NCBI GenBank assembly: GCA_048013815.1
Contig: CM106585.1
Coordinates: 14,508,001-14,572,000 of the forward strand
From: Setoptus koraiensis
Taxonomy: Eukaryota; Animalia; Arthropoda
Direction: 5' to 3'
Length of the DNA: 64,000 nt
A program made the position numbers and the translations under genes. This document shows, piece after piece, positions 1 through 11,941 of this stretch. The notes under the pieces were generated by a model. That model was given only the letters and a program-made list of their open reading frames with translations, was not told the DNA's origin and made no database searches. The first letter of the stretch is position 1. Each line of letters opens with the position of its first letter.

Positions 1-1261
1 TTGCTATAGTTGCTCCGGTCAGTTTGCTAATCGGTCTATGCCATGTGGCCGGTTTACCGCCGCAATGCATATACCGGGCCGGTTATATCGGCGGACCTGG
101 CGCAATCGTGCAGCGCCACCTACGCCTCTACTGGCCGGCCGAAATGGGGCCAAACGGCGGGCCTGTGACAACAAATGACGACAACAACAACAACAACAAC
201 AACATCAACGACAACGACAAATCAACAAAACAAAACAAAGTAAAACACAAACTGCGCGCACTTGTCCGTATTTGAGTCTGTATTGATTTAGTCGTGTTGG
301 CGGCAGGTTGCGCGTGCTCTATTTGGCCGCCAGGCCACTGGTCATTTGCAACTGGGCCCGATCGCCTGTTTGGTCATTGGCGGTAAATGAGCTCTGAATA
401 CATTATAAGTCGCTGTGGTCGTTGGCGCTGTTGTTGCCGTTGTTGCTGTTGTCGTTGGCGCTGTCGTTGTTGGGGCGCCGTTAATGAGCCTGTTGTGGTG
501 CTTTTAATGGCGCTCGTTATCGCTGTCTATTTATATATTCAGCGACAAGTAAATAAAGTGGGCCACTTTTTTCCGTGCGCGCTGCCCAATCATGAATTAT
601 TACTTTTGCCCGACCAAAACAAACACTCGCCGCTGTTGTTTGCTGTTGTTGTCGCTGTTGTTGCCATTGCAACCGGTTAGCCGATGACCGTTATCACGAC
701 GGCCAGCGTAAACAAGTGCACGCGGGGCCAGCGCGATTTTCATCGATGACTTTAGGTTAATCCAATCGAGACGACTGTGACGACTGCTCACTTCCTGTGC
801 GCGGCCATCGGCGCTGGCCACTTGGTGTCGTGCCGGTCGTCGAATAATAAACAGACAGCCACTGGCTGCCAAACGGCCATCAATCATTGCTTCAGCCTGT
901 AGCAGGTGGATTAGCCGTGGCCCACTGACAATGCGGGGCCCCAAGCTGGCAACAAACAAACAAGTGCCGTTTGTATTTATGGAGTCAGCGCGTTAGGATT
1001 AATTCAATTCGCAGCGAGCCCAATCGATACACTAAAGTCAGTCGGCTAAGCAATGTTGTCGGCCGAACAATGTTGTCGGTGACATGTACGTGGCAGTGGA
1101 TAATCCTGTTATCGCCGGCAAGTATGGCGTACCGCTGTCTTCATGCACCGGCTTACGATCGCTTTCGGCCGGTTAAGCGGGCCATATTTCCACTGGCGCT
1201 CTCGCAGACTCGTCGTGGGCCCGAATCAATAATCAGCGATCAGTTTTGGCGCACAAATGCC

Positions 1262-1334
1262 AATTCCGAACGCAAACGCGAATTCCGAACGCGAACGCAA
1301 ACGCAAATTCCGAACGCAAACGCAAATTCCGAAC
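1262..1334. repeat. Degenerate tandem repeat of AATTCCGAAC(GCAAAC)n
   Basis: Four copies of AATTCCGAAC separated by GCAAAC/GCGAAC units. Confidence 0.85.
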
Positions 1335-1730
1335 ACTAATCGCAACCAAAAATACGCCCAAAATAGAACGGAATAGATTAAAACAAAATCAGAGTCAACC
1401 GACGACAATGAACAAAATCACCAGTTTACACTGGCTATCGCAGTTCAACTCACTGGCTTAAGCTGAACGCACTGAATAATTCCGCTTTGACTCGGTTATC
1501 TCTGCGCGCAACTATCAGCGTTCACCACCCCAATCATTGGGGCCCAATCCACCTGATCGGGCTTTTGCTTGGTTCTGCATTTGCAACTTGCCTTACTCAC
1601 AGTTAAAGCAACTAATCTGAAATATATTCAGACGAAACTCCATCTATTATACATTGCAAATGTTGGCGCTCGTGCAATACAAACCCTAGCGACTCGAGCG
1701 CCCCTAGCGGACAGTTGACTCGTCTTGATT

Positions 1731-1783
1731 CGGCTCAACTGGTATGAGCTGGGGCTCAACTGGTATGAGCTGGGGCTCAACTG
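1731..1783. repeat. 21-bp tandem repeat, about 2.5 copies
   Basis: GGCTCAACTGGTATGAGCTGG repeated. Confidence 0.9.
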
Positions 1784-2614
1784 GGGCCCGAATGACGACT
1801 GTGCAAATGTGTACATAAATGTCCGCCAGGGTAGTGGGCTTCTTATAGGGTTTATGCGTTGCACGTTACGTCGAGTACGATGACTAATGCAACAACCAAC
1901 GATACGTAACTAACAAGTGTTACATAACTAACTGGTGGCTGGCTATTGTAACTAAATGAGGAAGGGAGTGAAAAAATGATGATCACCATCAAATGAGTCA
2001 GATTGCTGGCTGTTGCTGGCATGAAATTAACGATAAAACGACATCCACAAAACGATGTAGCAAATATGCGATCCAGTAGAGCGTAAATTAAAATTGATTG
2101 TGCCATTTGGGCGCTGCACGGCGCTCAGTGTCTAGTCGGACGAGACGGGGCCAAACATGATAATAATAATAGGATCGGATAATGGTGGCGCCCCCAAACG
2201 AGGAGCATGTTTTAAGTGTGTATCTATTCGACTGCCAATGTCTATTGATATCGAAAGACAGGGGCCACTTAATCAAACATCTATCTTCTTATGTAAGCAG
2301 CGGCAGCTTACGAGCAGTATGATGATGATAATAAACAACTGAATGAATACGCTAATGACACCAGCCACTGGCCGTATCATTTTTGGGCGCGTTTTTGCGT
2401 CGCGAAACAAACAATTTTGTGTCGCAACTCGCCCATTGAAACACGCTGTAACTGATACACCGTGCATGCAGCATGTATAAAACACGAGGATAAAACATGG
2501 TCGCGTATTATATAATAGTTATATAATAGACACATACAATAATATAATAATATAATAACTGGCCCAAAAAAGAGCAAAGAAAACTTAGTTAAGTGATGCG
2601 TACAACGCGGCGCC

Positions 2615-2648
2615 TCTGTACGAACATACAGAACTGTGTTCGTACAGA
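2615..2648. repeat. Inverted repeat / hairpin, 14-bp stem and 6-nt loop
   Basis: TCTGTACGAACATA-CAGAAC-TGTGTTCGTACAGA, with 13 Watson-Crick pairs and 1 G.T. Confidence 0.85.
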
Positions 2649-3550
2649 TATAAATATCCGCGTTTGAATACTTTGGGTATCGAGGATATGAGAGCTTATC
2701 AAGGATATGATTTCAAATAGAGAGCATTAAATCATGTCGCAAATAATCGCCGCTCAACAGACACCGGCTGACAGTGGCAAGTTGTTGTGCAATCGCACAA
2801 CAACTTGCACAACAACTTGCACACCAGCAACAACAAAAAGAGCAACTTGCCCAAAACAAATGCTTCGGCTCCCTCCATCCGGTGCCATATATCATATGTT
2901 TGCAACAATATCGTGCTTGCGACATGGTGCTGAATATCGCTTTTTATGCCCTGTTTAGCGTGGCGCGTTTTAACATTGTCAACTTGTAAAGTGTTCCACT
3001 TGAATTTGAGCCAGTGGGGCCCTTGCGGCGCTTGCACGTCGACACAGCAAATGGACGTGAATCGCTGAGCCGATCGGCCGGACCTCTGCAAATCTCGCGC
3101 CGGACGCCAGGGGTCGTTCGAGGGGTCAGCGAGAATCACTGACCAAATCAGATCTGGTTTGTCATCAGGCTGTTGACGAATAATTTTATTTTCATTTATC
3201 CGGCCCACACTGACCAAGTTGTGAATGACAAGTTGTGAATCACAAGTTGCGATGCGAAGATTCTCACGCCTCGCTACCGAATGCTGATAACAGATAATAC
3301 AATTGATGCACTATTTGCATAATCTGCAAATAATTGTCACTCGTCTCGCTCAAGTTTTACCTCTGCGGGTGCGCCGTGCAAGCATTTCGGTACGTGACCA
3401 TTGGTGACATACCGAAATATATCTATACATATATGAGCAACATTGCGAGATGTTATCGGACGGCATTTGGTTGTTCGCTTTCGGTTGGGCTTCGTGCTGT
3501 TGCGATCCACAACGCCAAACTGTTTTGCCGGCGGTTCGCTGCACCATTCA

Positions 3551-3606
3551 GTGCACCGTAGTGCACCGTGGTGCAGCATGGTGCACCGTGGTGCAGCGTG
3601 GTGCAG
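3551..3606. repeat. 10-bp tandem repeat (GTGCACCGTG-like), about 5-6 copies
   Basis: Read directly from the sequence. Confidence 0.85.
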
Positions 3607-4088
3607 AGGAGAAATTCTAGAGGATTTGCATAGATTTAATTGTGTGAGAAACAGTTAATCATTTCAAGCACACTGTTGGCGCCATTGCCAACCGCCCCTG
3701 CGAGCGCAATCCATTCCAAACAATAACCTCACAACGCCGTCGTACGACGACGACGACGACGACGAATTATGTAATGGCGCAAAGTCTTTATCGGCTCGCC
3801 GTGGCCAGCGCGCAAATGTTGTTGTTGTCGTTACTCCTTCGCACACTTCATTTGCATGACAATGACAACAACAACAACGACAACAACAACATTGTAACTT
3901 TGCCCACTAACTGTCGTGATTGTGTGCATGTTAATCATGAGAACACAACGTTGCCGTTATGTAACAACGCGCGCATCGCCACTTGGCACCCTTGCAGCGT
4001 TCATTTCGAGTGTCCACTCCTGGCCGCACTAGTGGACACTAGTTATGTAAATTTTTCATTATTTGCCTGCCGGTCATCGTTATCTCCG

Positions 4089-4110
4089 CTGTTGTTGCTG
4101 TTGCTGTTGT

Positions 4111-4143
<33 letters not shown>
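4089..4143. repeat. (CTG/TTG)n trinucleotide tract
   Basis: Explains the poly-C, poly-L and poly-Q shadow ORFs in the track. Confidence 0.9.
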
Positions 4144-5553
4144 CGGCCGGCCGCTGCGACAACAGCCCGGAATTGCAAATTGTTGTTGTTGCTGTTGTTA
4201 TTGTTGTTATCGCGCACAACAAATCGACACTCTAACGGCGTGTGATGATGATTTAACGGAATCGGCGCGAATTGTCTCACGCCAACGAGGCTCACCGACT
4301 GACCACTGGTCATCCAATCCGCCGAGATTTGCCACTGCTACTTTTGTTGGACGCCACTCGCCTGGCCAGTGTGTTGTAGCGCGCCCGCGTCAGTTAGTAG
4401 TTAGTAGTACCACCACGTGCCATCTATTGATCATCTCTGGCCGGGCCCGGCACGTGGCGCGCACCCACTTTCGGCCCACTGACGCCCCAAATAAATGGCG
4501 CACGTGGCATAATCGCACATGAAATCAAAGTGCTCATGCTAAACTGCAAATCGCACACAATTGATTTGAATATAGGTCTGGGGCCCATTTATCTTCGCTG
4601 CTGTGTATGTACTAATCTATACTGAATAAATATATAGTAAATCTGCTATTTAGACGCGCACACTTTTAGCCGCGGTCGCTATGCGCAACTCGCTAACCAT
4701 ACAGCTGCCCAGCAGTCGCTGGGGCCAGCAATATAGGTTTAGCTTGGGGGCGGCGGCAACATGTTGTTGGTTTTCTGGATTTATGGAATTTGGCCCCCAC
4801 CAGAAAACAGCGAATGCGCCCAGTGATTGCGTAACCGACTCTCACAGCCTGTGAGTCACAGGTTGGCCCAGTCGAGAGCCGCTCACTTCGATTCGACACA
4901 GTTTCCGATTGCACGAATTCGACGTTCGCAGTCCGGGGCCCCAAAGGCTCCATGTGAACCAGCGACCAATGCCCAAATGGGCAATCAAAACTCTACCCGC
5001 TGGCGCCCACACAATACACCCAATACACTGGGGCATAACGGGTATCAGCGTGGGTAGCCCGTTGTCATGTTTATCACACACAAACAATATTTCACCGCAT
5101 CACAATTCGTGTATTTGCACTGCAATATCACTGCTCTCGTATGTATAACTGCTCTTGTTGGTTTGGTCGCTTGGGTATTGATTGTGAGCGCGTGTACCTT
5201 TTCATGGGAGTGCGAGCACGTGCACGGGAATTGGGCGCGCTCCAATCGGGCAAACATCGGGCCGCTAAAACGAATCGGCGGGCCTCTCGGTTGGCTTGTC
5301 GGCAGCGGTCGAACATGCGCCAGCGGATTGTGTGCTAATTTGTGGGCGCATATTGCATCTTCTTCTCAACTCTTCGTGTCACCTTGTTCGCGTTGGAAAA
5401 TTTCCTTTCTTCTCGCTGCTGGCCTCATTCGAAGCGAACATCCTCGGCAGCATCGCGCCGCGTTCGAACGACCGCCGTCGCGAATTGCCCGCCCGGCCGA
5501 ATAGCGCCAACGCCGACAATCGGCCTCGAAACGCGCCCTCATCCTTCGAGTTT

Positions 5554-5610
5554 GTCTCTCGAATTGGTCTCTCGAATTGGTCTCTCGAATTGGTCTCTCG
5601 AATTTTTCTC
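5554..5610. repeat. 13-bp tandem repeat (TCTCTCGAATTGG), about 4 copies
   Basis: Read directly from the sequence. Confidence 0.85.
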
Positions 5611-6148
5611 CCGAATTTGTCTCTTTGTCTAATCGAGTCGCACTGTCGACGGCCTCAAATCGGATCTGTGGCCCACTTGCAACAACTCAATCGATTTATC
5701 AAATTTACTCCGAACTTTTGCAATCCAATTTGTGTGAGTGTCGCCGTTTGTTTGTTAACGTGTGAAAGAGTTTTGATTGTTCATTTCAAGTTTTGATAGC
5801 GATTGAATCGCGTCGTAATTTGTAATCCTCTGCACAAACTTTGCAACATTTGCTGCTCTATTTGCTGCCCGCTGCCCCAATTGATGATTTTATGAATAAT
5901 GATCCTGCCGGCGAAAGTGATCAATGGCTGGCCACATGAATCGCGGCCGATTGAACGACAATTGTTGCCACCTCTTATACGAATGAACTGGGGGCACGCC
6001 GAATGAACGAAATGCGACATATGCTGCCGTTGGCTGCAGCCCACAGCAGCATAGGTGAGATGGGTGCAAGTCAAGAATCACAGCAGCAACAGCAACAGCG
6101 ACCGCAACTGCACCTACAAGCACCATCAACTGGCGCTGGAAGCCACTG

Positions 6149-6246
6149 ACCGGAAGTGGTCACTCACTCAACCAAGAACGCGTTTGCCACGTACAACATA
6201 AGTGTGGGTATAAATAGACTGCGCTACTGACCAGTGGCCGGAGTTT
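6149..6246 (+). promoter_or_regulatory. Candidate Pol II core promoter: ETS-type ACCGGAAGT plus TATA box
   Basis: ACCGGAAGT at 6149-6157 and GGGTATAAATAG with TATA at 6209, the same 12-mer context as the TATA at 24415. No convincing downstream ORF. Confidence 0.4.
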
Positions 6247-8036
6247 GGCTGGCGCTGCTTGTTTCGGGGTGTCGCACAAACAAACGGCACGCTGTTTCAT
6301 TTGGAAATCAATCAAAACCCGTCCGAGCGCCCCTTTGAAATATCTACACCACCATATGCATGTGCTCTTATGTATTTGGAGGGCATGTATATGAAAATAG
6401 CGCTCGAAATTGACGAGTTGGCTCGCCGCGGGCCCGCAACAAACAGGAAACCGCTACTTCGATTTCACCAATGGCCGTTCATTTCGAAGCCGTCATAATG
6501 CAGTCATAATAGCAGTTTAGCCAGCCTAACATTGTGATAATTGCATTTGTTGGCGCTGTTGCCGTTTGTCAGCTTGATCGGGTGACGCTCGGGCTCAAAA
6601 CAACTCACTCAAATTTAAATTCATCAGCAGTTGCGACAAACGAATGCGAGCCACAGTGTGTCAGTCATCATTACAGCGCCGGCTATTATTTGCATCCATG
6701 TCACTATCTACATGCTATTACTATATACTGTTCCGAAGTGTTTCGGCGGCGCCGGCCGCTGGAGGGCGCGCTCGGCCGCAGCGGTCGGCCAGTTGCACAC
6801 GTTTCCGGTGCAGCGGCCAATTGGAAAATTGCAAATCAATTCGGTAGCCGAAACACAAACAGAACAGGTAAAACGGGGCCCATAAATATAAATGTGGCAG
6901 CAATTGGGTGATCGCTTGACTGACAGGGGGACACAGCGACGCTTGTAATTGGTTGTAATGCGCAATTGTCATAGTCGCCGCGAACTCGCTACTGTCGCCG
7001 GCCACCGAACGCCGACGAAATGAGTCGCGCTGCTTGACAGAGAGAAAGGAATTAGTTTCGCTATATCAATCATGGGCGATGCGCCGCCTCACCCGTTTTG
7101 GCGCTTCGATTCCTTTGGTTGGCTCGATTCTTTTGGTTGGCTCGATTCGGCACGATTCGGCTCGATTCGGCCGCGTTTTGGCGCATTTGGCTCGATTGAT
7201 CCGGCTGGAATCGCTTCGATTTGGGCTTCGTCTCGCGACGAATTGTTGCCAGTGGCGCCGTTCAATTTGTTTGTGTTTTCGTGTGTCGGACATGACAACA
7301 TCATTCAGCGAAACAACAGCCAGAGACAAGTGCGTTTTTTGCCAGCGCCGCGGCCCATTATCGTTGTTTGTTTGTGTCGGTTGCGATTAGTTGGTTAGCA
7401 TAATCGAGCATAATGGTTGCGCGGGCCCACTTGTTCGCCGTTGTCATGCTTGACAATGGCCGACAGCGCCGGCTCTGGTTAGAGCCGGCCTGACGGGCGG
7501 GCCCCAATGGCTGCGCAATAATGAGCACGCCGTAACAAGCGTCGGCATTGATTTGATACTGTCACTTGACATCAAATGAAGGATGAAATTAACCGAACCG
7601 GCCGCCGGCCCGACACGACCAAAAATAACCAAAAGCAACCAAAATAGGCGCACCAAAACTAGTTGCGGCTGCCCGAGTTATAATTGGCGCCGGCCATTGG
7701 CAGCCGGTGTGGGGCTTCATCATGGTCGGTGGTTGTCGCTTGTTGTTGTCGCTTGTTGTTGCTTGTCGTTGTTGCTTGCTGTTGGGTTTTTGCTGCTAGT
7801 TGCTTGTGGGCTGGTGGCCGGCGGTCGTGTCAACAACCGGCTTATAAACTCGCTTTTGTGACAGCGCACTGAGTGACGCAACAGCGGGATCACGCAACCA
7901 GAAAACAATCGCCTCTCAGTGCACTTGACAATCTTGTTCAGCTTATTAATTGGCCAAATCATTCATTTTTGCTGCCTTGTGGGGCATCGTTGCGCAACCA
8001 CACAGCCGACCATCGCTGGCGCGGCGCAGAGCAGCC

Positions 8037-8088
8037 ATATAGCGACCATATAGCGACCATATAGCGACCATATAGCCACCATATAGCG
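8037..8088. repeat. 11-bp tandem repeat (CATATAGCGAC), about 5 copies
   Basis: Read directly from the sequence. Confidence 0.9.
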
Positions 8089-9125
8089 CCAGTGTCATTG
8101 TTTATATACGGCGCTGTGTGGCGGCGCTGCTCCGAGGCCCGGCATCCTGTTTGCGTTTGTGCAAGCACAGCGAGCACGACAACCACAACCTCAACCACCC
8201 AACAGCCGCGACAACCACGAGCCATCAGCCGCGACAACCTCAACAACCCGGCAACCACAACAAACGCACAACTACAAACAGCGCGCTAACGAACAGGATA
8301 TTCCAGACGCGGCTCGGGGCTGTGCCGTTTTTTGTTTCCTCCACTTGTCCAACGCACAGGCCTCTGCTGCCGCCAGGCCAAACCGACGGCCCGACCGAGG
8401 CCCGAGCAACTGGGGCCCGAGCAACTGGGCCCCAAAGCCCGAATCAGACCGAGAGCGGCGATTGTTAGCAGGCGGTTTTCAATTACGGGCACCGCAAGCC
8501 ACGCAAATAGCAAAATAGTGTCAGTGCTTTGCTTTGATCCTCTTGTCTGCAGTGTTGTTGTTGTTGTTGACGGTGCTTCAACCAACAACAACACGCGAAT
8601 TGTCGCCATTGTCGCTGCTATCGACATTGTGGACGCTGTTGACATTGTCGATGTTGTTGTCGCTAAAAAATGAATTCTGGCCGCTCTATTTGTTTTGTTG
8701 CTGGCCCATGTTGGCCCACTTTTCGGGGCACGAGCAACACGAGCACAAGTGCCAGCCAACACTGAACCAGCCAATGACAGGTTGGGGCCAATTTCGAGCC
8801 GGTGCAACATCCGCCCTGCAGCACGCGTTTTTAACAACGTTCTGGCGACGTTCTGACGTCGAAGGACGAAACGCGAAACTCGAAACTCGAAACTCGAAAC
8901 TCGAAAATGACATGACACGGCCGAACAGAAGACAACGGGCAAGTGCGCCGAAACACGCCATGCGTTATAACGCGGATATCGAGCAGGCAGCGGAAAGAAG
9001 CGGCACAAATTAAAAAATCACAATTGTGTCAGTTGTCACAACACGAGCACGCATAATTGTACCTGTTTCCATGTTGCACCCCCGGCATCGTGACGTATCT
9101 TATATCGTATTTTGAATTGGAACAA

Positions 9126-9185
9126 TGCGCGCATATCTCGCGAGTCGCGATTGTTCCGTTGCGACAATCGCGAAATATGCGCGCA
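9126..9185. repeat. Inverted repeat / 60-nt hairpin with 11-bp and 10-bp perfect stems
   Basis: TGCGCGCATAT (9126-9136) pairs with 9175-9185, and TCGCGATTGT (9145-9154) pairs with 9164-9173. Confidence 0.8.
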
Positions 9186-11594
9186 CACGCGCGGGCCCCA
9201 CTTGGCACCAATGCGGCTTGTTCCAGTTCACTTGAGTGCGCCCGAACAAGCGCCAACCAGATCCAGGCCACACCGAGACAAAATCCTCTTTTTGTGCGCT
9301 CTTGAGCTCAACAAATCGATCGCGTATTCTTGAAATTATTCGAAACGCACTCACTCTGGCGCTGTCACATTCATACTTGCATACCGTATTCGGTATGCAA
9401 ATTGTGACACTTGTTCTGGTCGCCAGTGGCGACTTGTTCGCGCTCAGCCTGTTCCGTTCAAATTTTGCAAATTTCGCAACCAATCAAACGAAACCGAATC
9501 AAATCAAATTGAATTTGATATATTTGCAGATTACGGTGGCAGTGGCAACGAACGCAGCAAAAGCTCTTACATTTGTCGAGATGGCGATCGCTGGCGACGA
9601 CCAAAGTACTTCCGTCACGTCCGAGTGCCACTCAAAAGTGCCAGCGTAAACGTCCTAGTGAAGCTAAAACGACAAAGAAAATACCTTTTGGGGTTGAGGG
9701 GAGACTTAACTTTTCAGCGAAACTCTTCCATTGGCCTCCATTGGCCATCGTGTTAAACTGCTTCAATTGTCCACCACTGCTCCATGCTTATACAAGCCCT
9801 GTTGTATTACAACAAGGTGAGCCTCTTTCTTTTAATCTGCTCGCGATTGCCGCCATCAAACATAGATGGCGCACACGACAACTTTACGCCCCTGGTTGAA
9901 ATACTGGTACCCAGTGTTTGCCCTAGTAATGTGCTGATGTACGCGAAATTGCTTTCGCTGACAATCCTGCAAGTCGTGGACTCCATTCGAGCACTTTTCG
10001 CCATTGCAAACAAGTTGGGGCCCCAATCTGCCAGATAACGGCCAGCCAGACCAAGATCTGCTAGCTCACAGTCTACCGAACTGCGAATTGATAGGCAATA
10101 GCCAGACAAACTAACAAGAAAATCAAAAACAAGACAAAAAAAATATAAAGATAAATTAAGCTTTTGGTTTATTGGCTTCAGGGAGGAAAAAATGTATCCC
10201 CCACTCGAACTTCGACAAGTCAGGAGGGTCTTGCCATCTCCTAGAAATGTTGAGACTTATACACTTATAATAATGAATAACAGAATCACAATCTGGTATA
10301 GTTCTACTGCGATAGAAACACTGGTCCTCATGACATCAGACTACGATAGGTCCGTGAATTTAAAAATAAGCGAATCTATACTCAGGGTGAGGCAAGCCCT
10401 CCTGATGTGTATCAACAACATAATTGTATATGGAGAATCCAATAAGAAGAGAACAGTAATTGAGATCTCCAACCATAATAGGATAATTGTCGCTCCTAGA
10501 TGGCTGAACGCAATAAAGCTGGCCAATGATCCAATGAGCAATAGTAATATTTCTACAATCTCCCAATGTTGTACTTGAAACATAAAGGGAATAGCTCCAC
10601 AGAGTATTCGACGTGGACTATTCAAAGGGAACAACTCGAGAATTCTTGACAAGTCTTGAGGGAAGCAGAGCATTTGGCAAAGAAACTCTTGGGCTCTCCA
10701 ACAGAGTTCGAGCCAGCGGTGACACGATCCCTCTTGCCCAATCCGGAAACGAAAAGCAATATTCGCAAGCTTCAAACGCAGCTCACAGCCGAGCTGGTGA
10801 CCTCAACTATCGAGGCTCGATCATAGAAGCTCAATTATCGAGGCTCCACTATCGAGGCTCAATGGTTCACCACAGTGAGGCGCCACCTGACAGACGATGG
10901 GCATATTCCGGAAATCGGGATGGCATTGTTTGATTTTGAGCTAGGGGGGCCCGTGCACTGTCCAGCGGGCAAGTTTGCAATCATTGGCACCAGGGAACAA
11001 TGTGTCGTGATTAACACAATCAAATAGAAATTCTCACGCTCTCGTTGCTTGAGAATTGCATTAGTGGCGCTAGGTACAAGCAAGTGAGTGGGTGACACTG
11101 GCGGCAGTTTATTATTAGTTGACAACTTGTATCTATGACAACAAACAAGGCACAAACAACAATATAACTACACGCAACTACATGCAACAATGCAGCACAG
11201 TGAGAAACCTGATGCTAAATCACTGATCACGAGAGCTGTTACGTAATTCATTTGGCCACTTTGACTTTGTAGTGGACTTGTGTGTTGTTTGTTGGTCGGC
11301 CACAACGGCTGACACAAGCAGTTGGCACGCAGTAACTAGGTTCACACATTTGTCACCGAGTCAATCTGTCACTGTTCAATAGAGCTTTCAATGAGGAGCT
11401 TTTACCCAATTGGTGTTGCTTGTTTGGCACACACATACACGACATTACATCACTTACCTACCTAACACTGGCAGCCTGACACTGCCAGCCCAACAGTGAT
11501 AACGAGTGATAGCGAGTGACGTAACTTTTTAAACGCAACCAGTCAACTAGTCAGTGAGTTTTGGCAAAACTTTTTGCACGTACTCAAACGGCCG

Positions 11595-11629
11595 GCCGAA
11601 CAGTGTGCCCGGCACGCGCACTGTTCGGC
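11595..11629. repeat. Inverted repeat / hairpin, 14-bp stem and 7-nt loop
   Basis: GCCGAACAGTGTGC-CCGGCAC-GCGCACTGTTCGGC, with one G.T pair. Confidence 0.85.
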
Positions 11630-11868
11630 TGACAATGCATTAGCGGTGACAATAACGACGCAACGACCGTTGTGATGGCCGGCCGAGGTTCCCAGAGACG
11701 CAAACAAGGCAAGAAAGAAGCAAACAACAATGAGCGCAGTCCACCCCCGTTATGCCGTTATTGTGTCACTCGATTGACTTTGCCTAATGACTTTGCAGCG
11801 TCTTGTTCCTGCGCGTTGTTTTCTCTCAAACCGACAACATATTGCTCGTCCGTTGCTCGTGCACCGCT

Positions 11869-11941
11869 CGTGTATTTCTCGTGTATTTCTCGCGTATTTC
11901 TCGCGTATTTCTCGCGTATTTCTCGTGTATTTCTCGTGTAT
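11869..11941. repeat. 11-bp tandem repeat (CG(T/C)GTATTTCT), about 6 copies
   Basis: Read directly from the sequence. Confidence 0.9.
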
